A stretch of DNA of 64,000 nt from Thermofilaceae archaeon (lineage in GTDB: Archaea > Thermoproteota > Thermoprotei > Thermofilales > Thermofilaceae): NCBI GenBank assembly GCA_038861545.1, contig JAWCCZ010000001.1, positions 160,001-224,000 on the forward strand, written 5' to 3'. Below, piece after piece: positions 40,274 to 49,052 of this stretch (the stretch's first letter is position 1; each line of letters starts with the position of its first letter). The translations under genes and the position numbers were made by a program. The notes below the pieces were generated by a model that saw only the letters and a list, made by a program, of their open reading frames with translations, did no database searches and was not told the origin of the DNA.

Positions 40274-40440
40274 TACGAGGTTAGGATATAGTCCGAGAAT
40301 CTCTACACGATATGGAGTATCCTCAGAAAGTCTTAATAAGTTGTGTAGAGGTTTGTGGCTATGCCGTAACCGGCGCGAGTTAGTAGCCTTAACTCACGCT
40401 TTAGACACGCGATCAACATTAATACTTATTTCTCAAGGGC

Positions 40441-41739
40441 TTGTTGATGCATAGGTTAATTTATTTAGTACTGGATGGAGCCGCTGACTCACTAGCTACG
40501 GTAGAGACTAGCTTAGAAATAGCGAAGACACCGGCTTTAGATAAGCTGGCTTCTGTCTCGATTGGAGGCCTAATGTACCCGATAGAGGAAGGAGTTGCAC
40601 CTGAAAGCGATGCAGCAGTGTTATCTCTGCTGAGCTACAATCCTCACTACCACTACACAGGAAGGGGACCACTCGAAGCCCTTGGAGCCGGCATTGAGAT
40701 CAAAGAAGGTTACGAGGTGGCATTTCGTGCCAACTTTTCGACTATAAACGAGGATACGTTAGAGATAGTCGATAGAAGAGTGGGAAGGAGCTTAACCTCC
40801 AGCGAAGCCCGAAGGCTCGGTGCCGCGATTGATGGACTTGAGCTGGGGTTATATGATGGCTACGCTAAAGTGAAAGCAACGATTGGTCATAGGGCAGTGG
40901 TCGTTATCGGTAGCAGGAGCCATAGATTATCTGATGAAGTTGATAATACAGATCCAGCATACGCAAAGGTTGGAAAAATCTCAGTGGCTCGCCCATCGTT
41001 TGAGAAGCGTATCGCACGCTGTGAACCTTTAACTAACACCCCTGAGGCTAAAGCAACTGCAGATTTAGTGAACAAGTTTACAAGGAAAGCTGTCGAGATT
41101 TTGTCTAAACACCCAGTTAACTTAGAAAGAGTCGCTAAAGGTCAACCCAAGGCAAATGCGATTCTGCTTAGAGATTCGGGAGGCATGCTCCCAAGGGTTG
41201 AACCGATATTCAAGAAATTTGGAGTGAAATTCAGTGCAGTTGTAGAAATGCCCGTTGAATTGGGGATAGCGAAATTGCTTGGGATGGAGGTGGCGGAAGT
41301 TGAGGAACCTACTGGCGATAAAGCGCGCGACTATAATCGTCGCTTAGAGGCTGTGCTAAACTTACTGAACCGTGTGGATGCAGTATATGTACACCTTAAA
41401 GGCCCAGATGAACCGGGACACGACGGTCTTCTTTCCGAGAAGGCTAAAGCTATCGAGGAGATCGATAAATTTTTTATCAAACCCTTACTCGAAGTGATAA
41501 GCCTCAGCGAAACAGCCGTGATTGTAACTGCAGATCATGCAACCCCGCCCCACGCTAAATCCCACACAGGGGATCCAGTACCCATACTTTTGCATGTTCC
41601 CGGTGCGGAGGGTGATAAGCTAAGACGTTTTACTGAGCGTGAATGCGCTAAAGGATCACTGGGTTTTCTTCCACATGGCTGGGAGCTACTGCCTAAGGTC
41701 TTCAATACTTTTAGAGAAATTGGTTTCACGTTAGGTTAA
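40441..41739 (+). CDS. apgM: 2,3-bisphosphoglycerate-independent phosphoglycerate mutase
   Basis: LDGAAD, PESD.A, GRGPLEA.G, HLKGPDEPGHDG and TADHATP motifs. Confidence 0.93.
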   Translation: MLMHRLIYLVLDGAADSLATVETSLEIAKTPALDKLASVSIGGLMYPIEEGVAPESDAAVLSLLSYNPHYHYTGRGPLEALGAGIEIKEGYEVAFRANFSTINEDTLEIVDRRVGRSLTSSEARRLGAAIDGLELGLYDGYAKVKATIGHRAVVVIGSRSHRLSDEVDNTDPAYAKVGKISVARPSFEKRIARCEPLTNTPEAKATADLVNKFTRKAVEILSKHPVNLERVAKGQPKANAILLRDSGGMLPRVEPIFKKFGVKFSAVVEMPVELGIAKLLGMEVAEVEEPTGDKARDYNRRLEAVLNLLNRVDAVYVHLKGPDEPGHDGLLSEKAKAIEEIDKFFIKPLLEVISLSETAVIVTADHATPPHAKSHTGDPVPILLHVPGAEGDKLRRFTERECAKGSLGFLPHGWELLPKVFNTFREIGFTLG

Positions 41740-41754
41740 AGGATATAGAAAAGA

Positions 41755-42162
41755 TTGCTAACATATCTTTTAAATAAAAATATTTTTAATTTAACCCGAG
41801 GAAGAATTCACGGAGTTTGCTGTCCTCTATTGGATCCACCATGCAGGAGAAGGAGTAAAAATTTCAGAACAAATAAAAATTCAAAAAGGGTAGGAGGGGT
41901 CGCAGATAAGTTAAGGGGTTTAGGTCTAGTTGAGCTTGAATCTTATGGAAGAATAAAAATTGTAAAACTTACACCTAAGGGTTACAGAGTTTATGAGAAA
42001 ATTCTAGATACATTGCATGAGTTAGGCGACGCAGCAAAGCGCCCCGAGCTCGAGCATGGATATATGAAGCAGCCTGAAGTAGGAGAAAGCAACGCTGATA
42101 TACCTAGCCGGTTTGCCAACATCTCCTTGGCTAAAGGATATCGGGGAAAGGGTAAGCAGTGA
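41755..42162 (+). pseudogene. Winged-helix (MarR-like) regulator, frameshifted
   Basis: KLRGLGLVE...GRIKIVKLTPKG wing; a plausible N-terminal helix EFAVLYWIHHAGEG lies in another frame. Confidence 0.55.
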
Positions 42163-42717
42163 CGATAAAATATGTTCAAGTGGGTAAGTTGAAACCTTCT
42201 CTTTTTCACTTGAAGTGTTTAGGCTTAAAGAGCTTGAACAATGGGTTGGCAAAGATAAAGCAGCTCACTTAGTGAAAGCGATGGAATTAGTGCTTATAAC
42301 TGGACACCGCTTTATGCTGAGTTGTAGCTTCAAGGTAGTAGGATTCTACTTTCTCCCGTTCTCTCCTTGGTATCTGGAGTCGAACTTAAACTCGATCGGC
42401 AGCCAATCACGCTTGGATCGGAGCACGATGGAGATTTCCTTTGGCACCTATTGATTGATGTGCCTAAGCTGCTCGAGCATGAAAGAAACCCAGTTGTTGA
42501 GGACTTAGAAGAGAGATTTTCTAGGAATGTTAAAGAAGGAGATATGTATACTTTAGACATAATGGAGAGAGTTTCTAGAGTTTACAGGGTACCCTCTATG
42601 TTAACTGGTAGCTTGAACATGGGAGCGTGGAGCTGGGTTCATTCGATAGTAAAGGTGCGTGGCGAAAAAGGCGAAAGCATAATTTTAGTTGATGGCGAGC
42701 AGCTAGTGAGAGTATGA
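42159..42717 (+). pseudogene. Hypothetical protein broken into overlapping frames
   Basis: GTGA overlap at the 5' end and ATGA overlap with the radA paralog; ORFs 42215-42454 and 42367-42717 overlap in different frames. Confidence 0.4.
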
Positions 42718-43664
42718 AACTGACACCAGTGCGTGAGCTGAAAGTAAGCGGGGTAGGTAAGTTAACACTGGAGAAAGTTGAGGAAGTCGTCAAACACATA
42801 GAAGACCTAGCCCTTTTTAATCCCGAAGAGCTAGCTGAACGAGCAGGTATCGAGCTAGACAAAGCAACTCTGATTGTAAGAGCTGCTCGCAGACTTGTAA
42901 GGAACAGTACTGGGGGTCGTACCTATAGGGGAAGCGAGTATGCACACATCCTTGAAGCCCGGGAAACGTTAACAACGGGTGTAAAAGCTATAGATGAGTT
43001 GCTTGGAAGTGGGTTAAAGATATGGGATATATACGAGTTTGCAGGAGAATTCGGCAGTGGAAAAACACAACTATGCCATCAGCTCTCTGTAACTGTTCAG
43101 CTTTCACCTGAAAGAGGGGGTTTAGGGGGTAAGGCGATTTACATCGACACTGAAGGCACGTTCAGCCCCTCCCGCATAGAAATGATTGCTGAAAGGTTCA
43201 ACGTTGAGGACTCGCTCAATAATCTTTATGTGTTGAGACCTTTCAATGTGGACGATCTAGAGGAAGCAGTAATCGAAGAACTCCCAGTATTCCTAAGAGA
43301 GGGAATTCGACTAATCCTTGTTGACAGTGTAATCGCACTCTATAGGGCTGAATTTAAAGGAAGGGAAATGCTTGCAATGCGACAGCAGAGGATTAACTAT
43401 CTCTTAGACTGGCTAAAAAGGTATGCTAGAAGGTATGGGTCTATCGTGGTTATCACAAACCAGGTTCTCAGCCAACCTGTTCCATGGGGGGTAGCCGTAA
43501 AAATACCGGCTGGGGGAAATATAATCGCTCATGCATCAACACACAGGTTTATCATGAGGAAAGCCGGTGAAGCTTTATTGTTAGAGTGTCTTGACTCACC
43601 AACGATAGCTCGAGGAGCCTCAACAAAGTTTCAAATAACTGAAAGAGGATTAGAAGACGTTTGA
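42714..43664 (+). CDS. RadA/Rad51-family recombinase (divergent full-length paralog)
   Basis: N-terminal HhH; GEFGSGKTQ, YIDTEGTF, RAEFKGRE...RQQ and TNQV motifs. Confidence 0.88.
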   Translation: MKLTPVRELKVSGVGKLTLEKVEEVVKHIEDLALFNPEELAERAGIELDKATLIVRAARRLVRNSTGGRTYRGSEYAHILEARETLTTGVKAIDELLGSGLKIWDIYEFAGEFGSGKTQLCHQLSVTVQLSPERGGLGGKAIYIDTEGTFSPSRIEMIAERFNVEDSLNNLYVLRPFNVDDLEEAVIEELPVFLREGIRLILVDSVIALYRAEFKGREMLAMRQQRINYLLDWLKRYARRYGSIVVITNQVLSQPVPWGVAVKIPAGGNIIAHASTHRFIMRKAGEALLLECLDSPTIARGASTKFQITERGLEDV

Positions 43665-43701
43665 AAAAACAGGTTTAAAGGGCTTAAACGACTTCGGTAA
43701 T

Positions 43702-43760
43702 GGGCGATGAAGACCCATTGCAGCACGTAGCCGTGAAGATAAGGTTTCCGGCCTGAGCCC
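43702..43760 (+). ncRNA. C/D box sRNA, probably guiding 16S rRNA methylation
   Basis: GGGC/GCCC stem, C ATGAAGA, C' GTGAAGA, D CTGA; TTTAAA box about 25 nt upstream. Confidence 0.85.
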
Positions 43761-43811
43761 CAGTTACAACGCGGAAAACCTTGGTGACGCCATTTATAGT
43801 TTCCGAGTAAA

Positions 43812-45011
43812 TTACCTTGCGACTAGCTCCGTTACTCCCAGCATGAAGAGGTCTTCTTGAAGTCCCTCTTCGATACTCTTTAAACCTGCACTTAATCTGA
43901 TAACCTTAGTGCGACCGTAGCGTCCCAAGCTAACCACTCTTGCGTTAACTATCCCCGCCATATCTAGCTCATTGATAATATCACTAACTCGTCTTTGTGT
44001 AACGGGATCCATGCCAAGCATTTTAGCAATTTCTATGTATTTATTATATATCATACCAGTAGTCAAGTTTTTCACCCCCTCCTTCTCAAGCAAGTAAACT
44101 GATATTAGAACCATCTTTACATGCAATGGCATTGATTTTATTACATCTACAGTAACGTTTTTCTCAATCTCTTTCTGGGCCTGCTTTACATGTTCCAGCA
44201 TAACCTTACTGGCTCCTTCTCTCTCGGCTAGATCCGCGGCTTTCAGTAGTAGGTCGAGGGCAAGTCTACAATCCCCATTCTGTTTTGCGGCAATAGCTGC
44301 GCAGGCAGGTATCACCTCAGGTGCTAATACTTTATCTTGGAAAGCTTCAGCAGCTCTCTGCTGCAAGATGTCCTCAAGTTCCTTCGCTGTGTATGGAGGA
44401 AAAACAAGTTCTTCTTCGCATAAGCTGCTTTTTACTCTTGAATCTAGGAATTCCGTGAATTTCAAGTCATTAGTTATACCTATGAGCGAGAGGCGCGAGC
44501 GGGAAAGTTGTTCATTAATTCGAGCGAGGAAGTAAAGCACATCATCACCATTTTTCTTAACCAGGTGATCTATTTCGTCTAGAACTACAACCATAATTTT
44601 TCCGCGTCTGTCTAAGGCTTCGGCAAATCTTTTGTAAACTTCACTAGTTGCCAGTCCAGTGAAAGGGACTTTTACACCCAGTTCTCTGGCTAATTCGGCC
44701 ATTACTCGGTAACTAGTGTCGTTTTGTCGGCAGTTAACGTAGGCGAAAACAACTTTTTCTTTAGCTTTCTCAGATAATCTTCTTACCACATGTTTTGTAA
44801 CTGCCGTTTTCCCGGTGCCAGTTAACCCATATATGAAAATATTTGAAGGCCTAGATCCCGCCAAAGCTGGCGCTAGTATCCTAGCTAAAGCTATAACCTG
44901 CTGATTTCTATGAGGTAACTCTTCTGGAACATAGTCTGGGAGAAGCCTTTCCCTATCCCTAAATATCTGTGAATGTAAGACAAACTGCTCGAAGACTTCA
45001 TCCAAGCTCAT
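43812..45011 (-). CDS. cdc6: Orc1/Cdc6 replication initiator (start reassigned to ATG at 45011)
   Basis: PDYVPEELPHR, YGLTGTGKT, LDEID, RVKSSL and GRYGRT motifs. Confidence 0.95.
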   Translation of the reverse strand: MSLDEVFEQFVLHSQIFRDRERLLPDYVPEELPHRNQQVIALARILAPALAGSRPSNIFIYGLTGTGKTAVTKHVVRRLSEKAKEKVVFAYVNCRQNDTSYRVMAELARELGVKVPFTGLATSEVYKRFAEALDRRGKIMVVVLDEIDHLVKKNGDDVLYFLARINEQLSRSRLSLIGITNDLKFTEFLDSRVKSSLCEEELVFPPYTAKELEDILQQRAAEAFQDKVLAPEVIPACAAIAAKQNGDCRLALDLLLKAADLAEREGASKVMLEHVKQAQKEIEKNVTVDVIKSMPLHVKMVLISVYLLEKEGVKNLTTGMIYNKYIEIAKMLGMDPVTQRRVSDIINELDMAGIVNARVVSLGRYGRTKVIRLSAGLKSIEEGLQEDLFMLGVTELVAR

Positions 45012-45219
45012 ATATTCTCCAGTTGAAGCATTGGAACTAGGGGGCTCAATGGGGCAACAGAATCTATAAAACGTAGTACGCTTAGTATGACGCGTTTTAT
45101 ACTTTAATCTTCCTTTTACACCATCTTTCTTCATGCGTTAAACTGTACTTATAAAAGTCAGTAAGGGTAAGCCGTGCTGAAGGTAAACGTTATATTCCGC
45201 CTGTGGCTTGTAGCTACAG

Positions 45220-45320
45220 GCCGGGGTGGCCGAGTGGCCTAAGGCGGTGGACACATTAGCCACATTCGAGATCCATTGTCCCTTTGGGACGCCCGGGTTC
45301 GAATCCCGGCCCCGGCGCCA
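45220..45320 (+). tRNA. tRNA-Ser(CGA) with 13-nt intron at 32/33 (45253-45265); CCA encoded
   Basis: Long variable arm GTCCC/GGGAC; BHB central helix GTGG/CCAC; anticodon at 45267-45269. Confidence 0.92.
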
Positions 45321-45483
45321 CATATAATGAGTTTCGCTTACATTAGGTCGATAGAGCGTAACCGTTAACCTACACGCTATTCACCAAATCTTCAAACTGT
45401 ATGCATGAAATTGCGGAATAACACTTTAATACAGGTAAAGAAGTGAAGAAATCTTTTTCCTCGCATCCATTACTATATAGATA

Positions 45484-46452
45484 ATGCTTGTACTGAGAGC
45501 GTTAATTTTTGAGTCCGATGAGCTTAGATCCATTTCTACCTTGGCTAAGAGAATGGAATCCTGGGGTCAAAGAGAACGTGAAGTTAAGGTTGTTCTCCAT
45601 ATAAAGCGTATAACAAGAGTTGGACTAATAGTCCAAGAGTTGCCGAATACCCAGGCATGCATATTATGGGAACCAGTACTCAGCATTGAAACGGTAAAAA
45701 GTGGGAAAATCTGTCGCTATCATGATAATTGCGGAGATGCTAGCTACTGTCACAGACCAGCTGTGACTGAAGAGGGATACTGTAGTATACATAGAGATAG
45801 TTGGAGGGCATTGTATGAATTATGTGCTCAGGGGGTTGAGGAAGCCTGCGAGAAAGCTGCAGAACGAGCGGACGAGGAGTTCACCGTATACGCATTAGAC
45901 TTTGGCGGTAGGAAGCTGAAAATCGGTTTAACTCAATCGTGGAGGCTATTATACAGGTTAGCTGAACAACCTCACGCCTCAGCGGCCTTGCTGTTTAAGG
46001 GTTCTCTTCTCCAAGCTCGTGATTTGGAACGCAGGCTTGGAAGGAGGAAACGTGCAACAGAAGGGGTGGGTATCGGGCTGTCCGAAAGACTCAAATCTTC
46101 ATGCGAGCTTTTAAGCTCAAATGATCCATTTCCAATCGCATCAAGACTCGCTGTAGCGTTGGCTGAGTTGGGACTCGATGGAGTTTTCGATGCGTTCACG
46201 ATACTCCCACGTTTTTTCAAGCTTGAGCTTTTTTCACAATTTACTAGTATCGAATTGCGGGAGCTTTTAGGTCGGAGGCTTAAGCTATGTGATTACTGGG
46301 CTGGTTTACTGGTGCTAAGAGATCAGGACAGCGGTGAATTACTTATACTAAATAAGAACGAAGCTCTTCATAAACCTGTAAAAGCTACGGTAACTGAGAG
46401 TAGATCTGGGGAGGGGGGTTTAACCACAGCAAGGTCAGCTGGCATGGTTTAA
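45484..46452 (+). CDS. DUF2797-like protein
   Basis: Cys cluster followed by VYAL.FG...KIGLT....YRLAEQ. Confidence 0.65.
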   Translation: MLVLRALIFESDELRSISTLAKRMESWGQREREVKVVLHIKRITRVGLIVQELPNTQACILWEPVLSIETVKSGKICRYHDNCGDASYCHRPAVTEEGYCSIHRDSWRALYELCAQGVEEACEKAAERADEEFTVYALDFGGRKLKIGLTQSWRLLYRLAEQPHASAALLFKGSLLQARDLERRLGRRKRATEGVGIGLSERLKSSCELLSSNDPFPIASRLAVALAELGLDGVFDAFTILPRFFKLELFSQFTSIELRELLGRRLKLCDYWAGLLVLRDQDSGELLILNKNEALHKPVKATVTESRSGEGGLTTARSAGMV

Positions 46453-46490
46453 TTTCAGGCGGAATAGGTCTCGTTAACACTGTTTACCGC

Positions 46491-47603
46491 TTAAACTATC
46501 ATACCGATAATTTTTCTCTTTGCTTTTAGATAGTAAAGGTAGTGACTATAAGGAACGTCTGCAGGCACTCTATGGTCAACGTGGGGTATGTATCCTCCTT
46601 CATCCACTAGTAGCTTAATTCTTTCCAACTCTTTTTCAATAGCTTTAGGACCTTCGATAAGAGCTCTTTTATCTATACCACCCATTAACAAAACCCTCCG
46701 ACCATATATACTTCTTAGTTTCACAGGGTCAGAACCAGCTCTAACTTCACATGGAAAGTGACAGTTAATACCGGCTTCTAACCATAATGGTAGTAACCGT
46801 TCTATATTACCATCGCAATCCATTATATTAAGCCAGATCCCATAGCCTTTGAGGAACTCAGTGATTCTCCGGTATTGTGGTACTATGAGTTCCTCGAAAT
46901 GCTTAGGGGATATGAGGGGGCCGCTGTTATAACACATGTCCTCCCACCAGTGAGCAAAATCCAGCTTTAGTTCTCGAATCGGTTTCTCAACAGCCTTAAG
47001 CATCATCTCAGTTCTAAATTTGAACATATCCTTCACTAATTCAGGTTCCCTAAATATTGCTTTACAGAGTCCCTGCAAACCCATGATATCACGAGCCCAG
47101 CCGAAGAAACCTCCTGCGAAAATACCGAGCGGGTAGTCTCGTTCCCTCCACTTATCTTTAAGCTCCTCCAAGCCTGGATATTGAATATTTTCCAGGTCAA
47201 ACCGCTCTTTATAATTTTCCCAAGTATTCCAGTCTTTAACAGGGTATTCTAAAAAAGAGGGAATCGAAGTACCACATCCCTCTTTAAAATCCATTTTAAT
47301 CACTCCGGTTTCATCACGGAAAATCCGCCTGCGATTATCCTCCCACAATATTTCATGTTTAAACTTCTTAAAAGGGATAAATATAGGTACTTCATTCCAG
47401 TACCACGCTTCAAACCCAAAGTACTGGTCAGCCTTATAATCGTTATTGACCCACTCTGGTAAACCTTCATGATGCCACCTTTTAAGGGTCTCTTCCCAGT
47501 AGCCGAATTCTACATCTGGAAGGTGGTCGACTTCCTTATACATGAATACGTTTAAAAAGCGTTCGCGCCTGGTCAGTTTTAACGAAGGATTAAGGATTCC
47601 CAT
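46491..47603 (-). CDS. Uroporphyrinogen decarboxylase / MtaA-like superfamily protein
   Basis: WEDMCY..GPLISP, DCDG, GGIDKR and GGYIPHVDH motifs. Confidence 0.85.
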   Translation of the reverse strand: MGILNPSLKLTRRERFLNVFMYKEVDHLPDVEFGYWEETLKRWHHEGLPEWVNNDYKADQYFGFEAWYWNEVPIFIPFKKFKHEILWEDNRRRIFRDETGVIKMDFKEGCGTSIPSFLEYPVKDWNTWENYKERFDLENIQYPGLEELKDKWRERDYPLGIFAGGFFGWARDIMGLQGLCKAIFREPELVKDMFKFRTEMMLKAVEKPIRELKLDFAHWWEDMCYNSGPLISPKHFEELIVPQYRRITEFLKGYGIWLNIMDCDGNIERLLPLWLEAGINCHFPCEVRAGSDPVKLRSIYGRRVLLMGGIDKRALIEGPKAIEKELERIKLLVDEGGYIPHVDHRVPADVPYSHYLYYLKAKRKIIGMIV

Positions 47604-47621
47604 GCATGAACCGGTTCATGC
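47604..47621. promoter_or_regulatory. Perfect 18-bp palindrome abutting a start codon (candidate operator)
   Basis: GCATGAACC|GGTTCATGC lies between a TTTAT box and the ATG of 46491-47603. Confidence 0.55.
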
Positions 47622-47677
47622 GACATAAATAAGATCATCGAGCATTTTTTTTCGCGGATGAAATAGTTAATCAAAGT

Positions 47678-48832
47678 TCAAGTAGGGATTTTTTCCTCGG
47701 GTGGTGGACTCCACTCCTTCGTTAGTACCGCGAGTCTCCTCAATGCCCAGCTTGAGTGAATTCGCCGGGTAAGCTCACTTAGAATCTCGAGTAACTCATC
47801 GTAGGTTTTTCTATCGACCGGAAAGGGGACTCCATCTTTTCCACCAACAGCATAGGCAAATTTGAAGGGATCAACTGGATGTGTAACCGGGTCTCTCCAT
47901 GATGGAGGAGTTTCGTAAACGAGCTCAGCTACTAGAGATAACGCTCTCAAGGTGCTGGGTCCAACTCCCTTTACTCCTAGCAGCTCTTGGTAACTGCTAA
48001 CTCCTAACTCACTTACCTGCGTTAGGGCAGTAGTGTTTATAGAAATTCCTCCTAGCTTAAGGTACTTTTTAACTATTTCACGGCTTTCTTTAGTTGAATA
48101 TGGTGAATAATAGATGAATAGCGGTATATCGCCTTGAGCGATAACCAGTGCCTGCTTTATCATAGGTTCTAGCCTACAGGGTTTTTCTGAGGCTAAATCT
48201 ACAAGCAGCCTCTGATATTTATCCATACCTTTGTCAACGGTATTTAACGCTAAACCAGTAATGCCACTAATACCTGAATGCGGTGTCTCCACGAAACTGT
48301 GTAAAGATTCCGAGAACCAATGATAGCGTCGCGCCATTCCAACTTTCTCATTCATTCCCTGCTGTACTACAGCCCATCTACCCTTAAAGTCTATAAAGAA
48401 CATGTGATGATACAACTGGTAGCCGGCCTGTAGTGCTACGCTGTCAACTTTGGCTACGAGGGTGGATGTTCTTACAAGCTTATCTTCTTCAAGTCCTAAG
48501 TACTTAGCTATCCCCTTAAGTTCAACCGGTGTACGTAAGCTAGCGTCTCCTTTTCCACCGGCCGCATATACACCTAGATCGAGTCTCTTAAGGGTATCTC
48601 TAACAATCGCAGCTGTCACCGTAGTAGACCCTGAACTATCCCAATCCATCCCAATTATGTTGTTTAACGCTTGGAACCACAATGGGTCAGCTACACGCTC
48701 TAAAAACCCTGAAGTACCATACTCCTCCACCACGAGTTTCACTACTATTTCTGAGAGTTCTTTCATACGTACAAGAAGCCAGCTAGGCACATGACCTGTA
48801 TGCAGAGGTAATTCAGCTATTCCTCTCTTCAC
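47678..48832 (-). CDS. DUF763 family protein
   Basis: LPLH.GHVP.WL, GMDWDSSGSTT, AKVD, ARRYHW and GGKDGVPFPV motifs. Confidence 0.9.
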   Translation of the reverse strand: MKRGIAELPLHTGHVPSWLLVRMKELSEIVVKLVVEEYGTSGFLERVADPLWFQALNNIIGMDWDSSGSTTVTAAIVRDTLKRLDLGVYAAGGKGDASLRTPVELKGIAKYLGLEEDKLVRTSTLVAKVDSVALQAGYQLYHHMFFIDFKGRWAVVQQGMNEKVGMARRYHWFSESLHSFVETPHSGISGITGLALNTVDKGMDKYQRLLVDLASEKPCRLEPMIKQALVIAQGDIPLFIYYSPYSTKESREIVKKYLKLGGISINTTALTQVSELGVSSYQELLGVKGVGPSTLRALSLVAELVYETPPSWRDPVTHPVDPFKFAYAVGGKDGVPFPVDRKTYDELLEILSELTRRIHSSWALRRLAVLTKEWSPPPEEKIPT

Positions 48833-48954
48833 TTTGAAGAAAGGACACAGTTAGCGATTAAAAACTAACGTGGACAGTATGTTGAAAGTTAACTACAATT
48901 AAACTGGGGTAAACAATATATGTACTCTAATACCAAGCTAGTCAATCGAGTAAA

Positions 48955-49052
48955 GGGCCCGTGGTCTAGCGGTTAGGACGCCCGCCTCACGAACGAGCAC
49001 GCAGCTAATTTGAGAGCGCGGGAGGTCCCGGGTTCAAATCCCGGCGGGCCCA
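48955..49052 (+). tRNA. tRNA-Val(CAC) with 25-nt intron at 37/38 (48992-49016)
   Basis: GGGCCCG acceptor stem; BHB central helix CTCA/TGAG. Confidence 0.92.

Noticed and set aside
45138-45323. 61-aa minus-strand ORF (MWRRGRDSNPG...)
   Set aside because: Antisense shadow of tRNA-Ser
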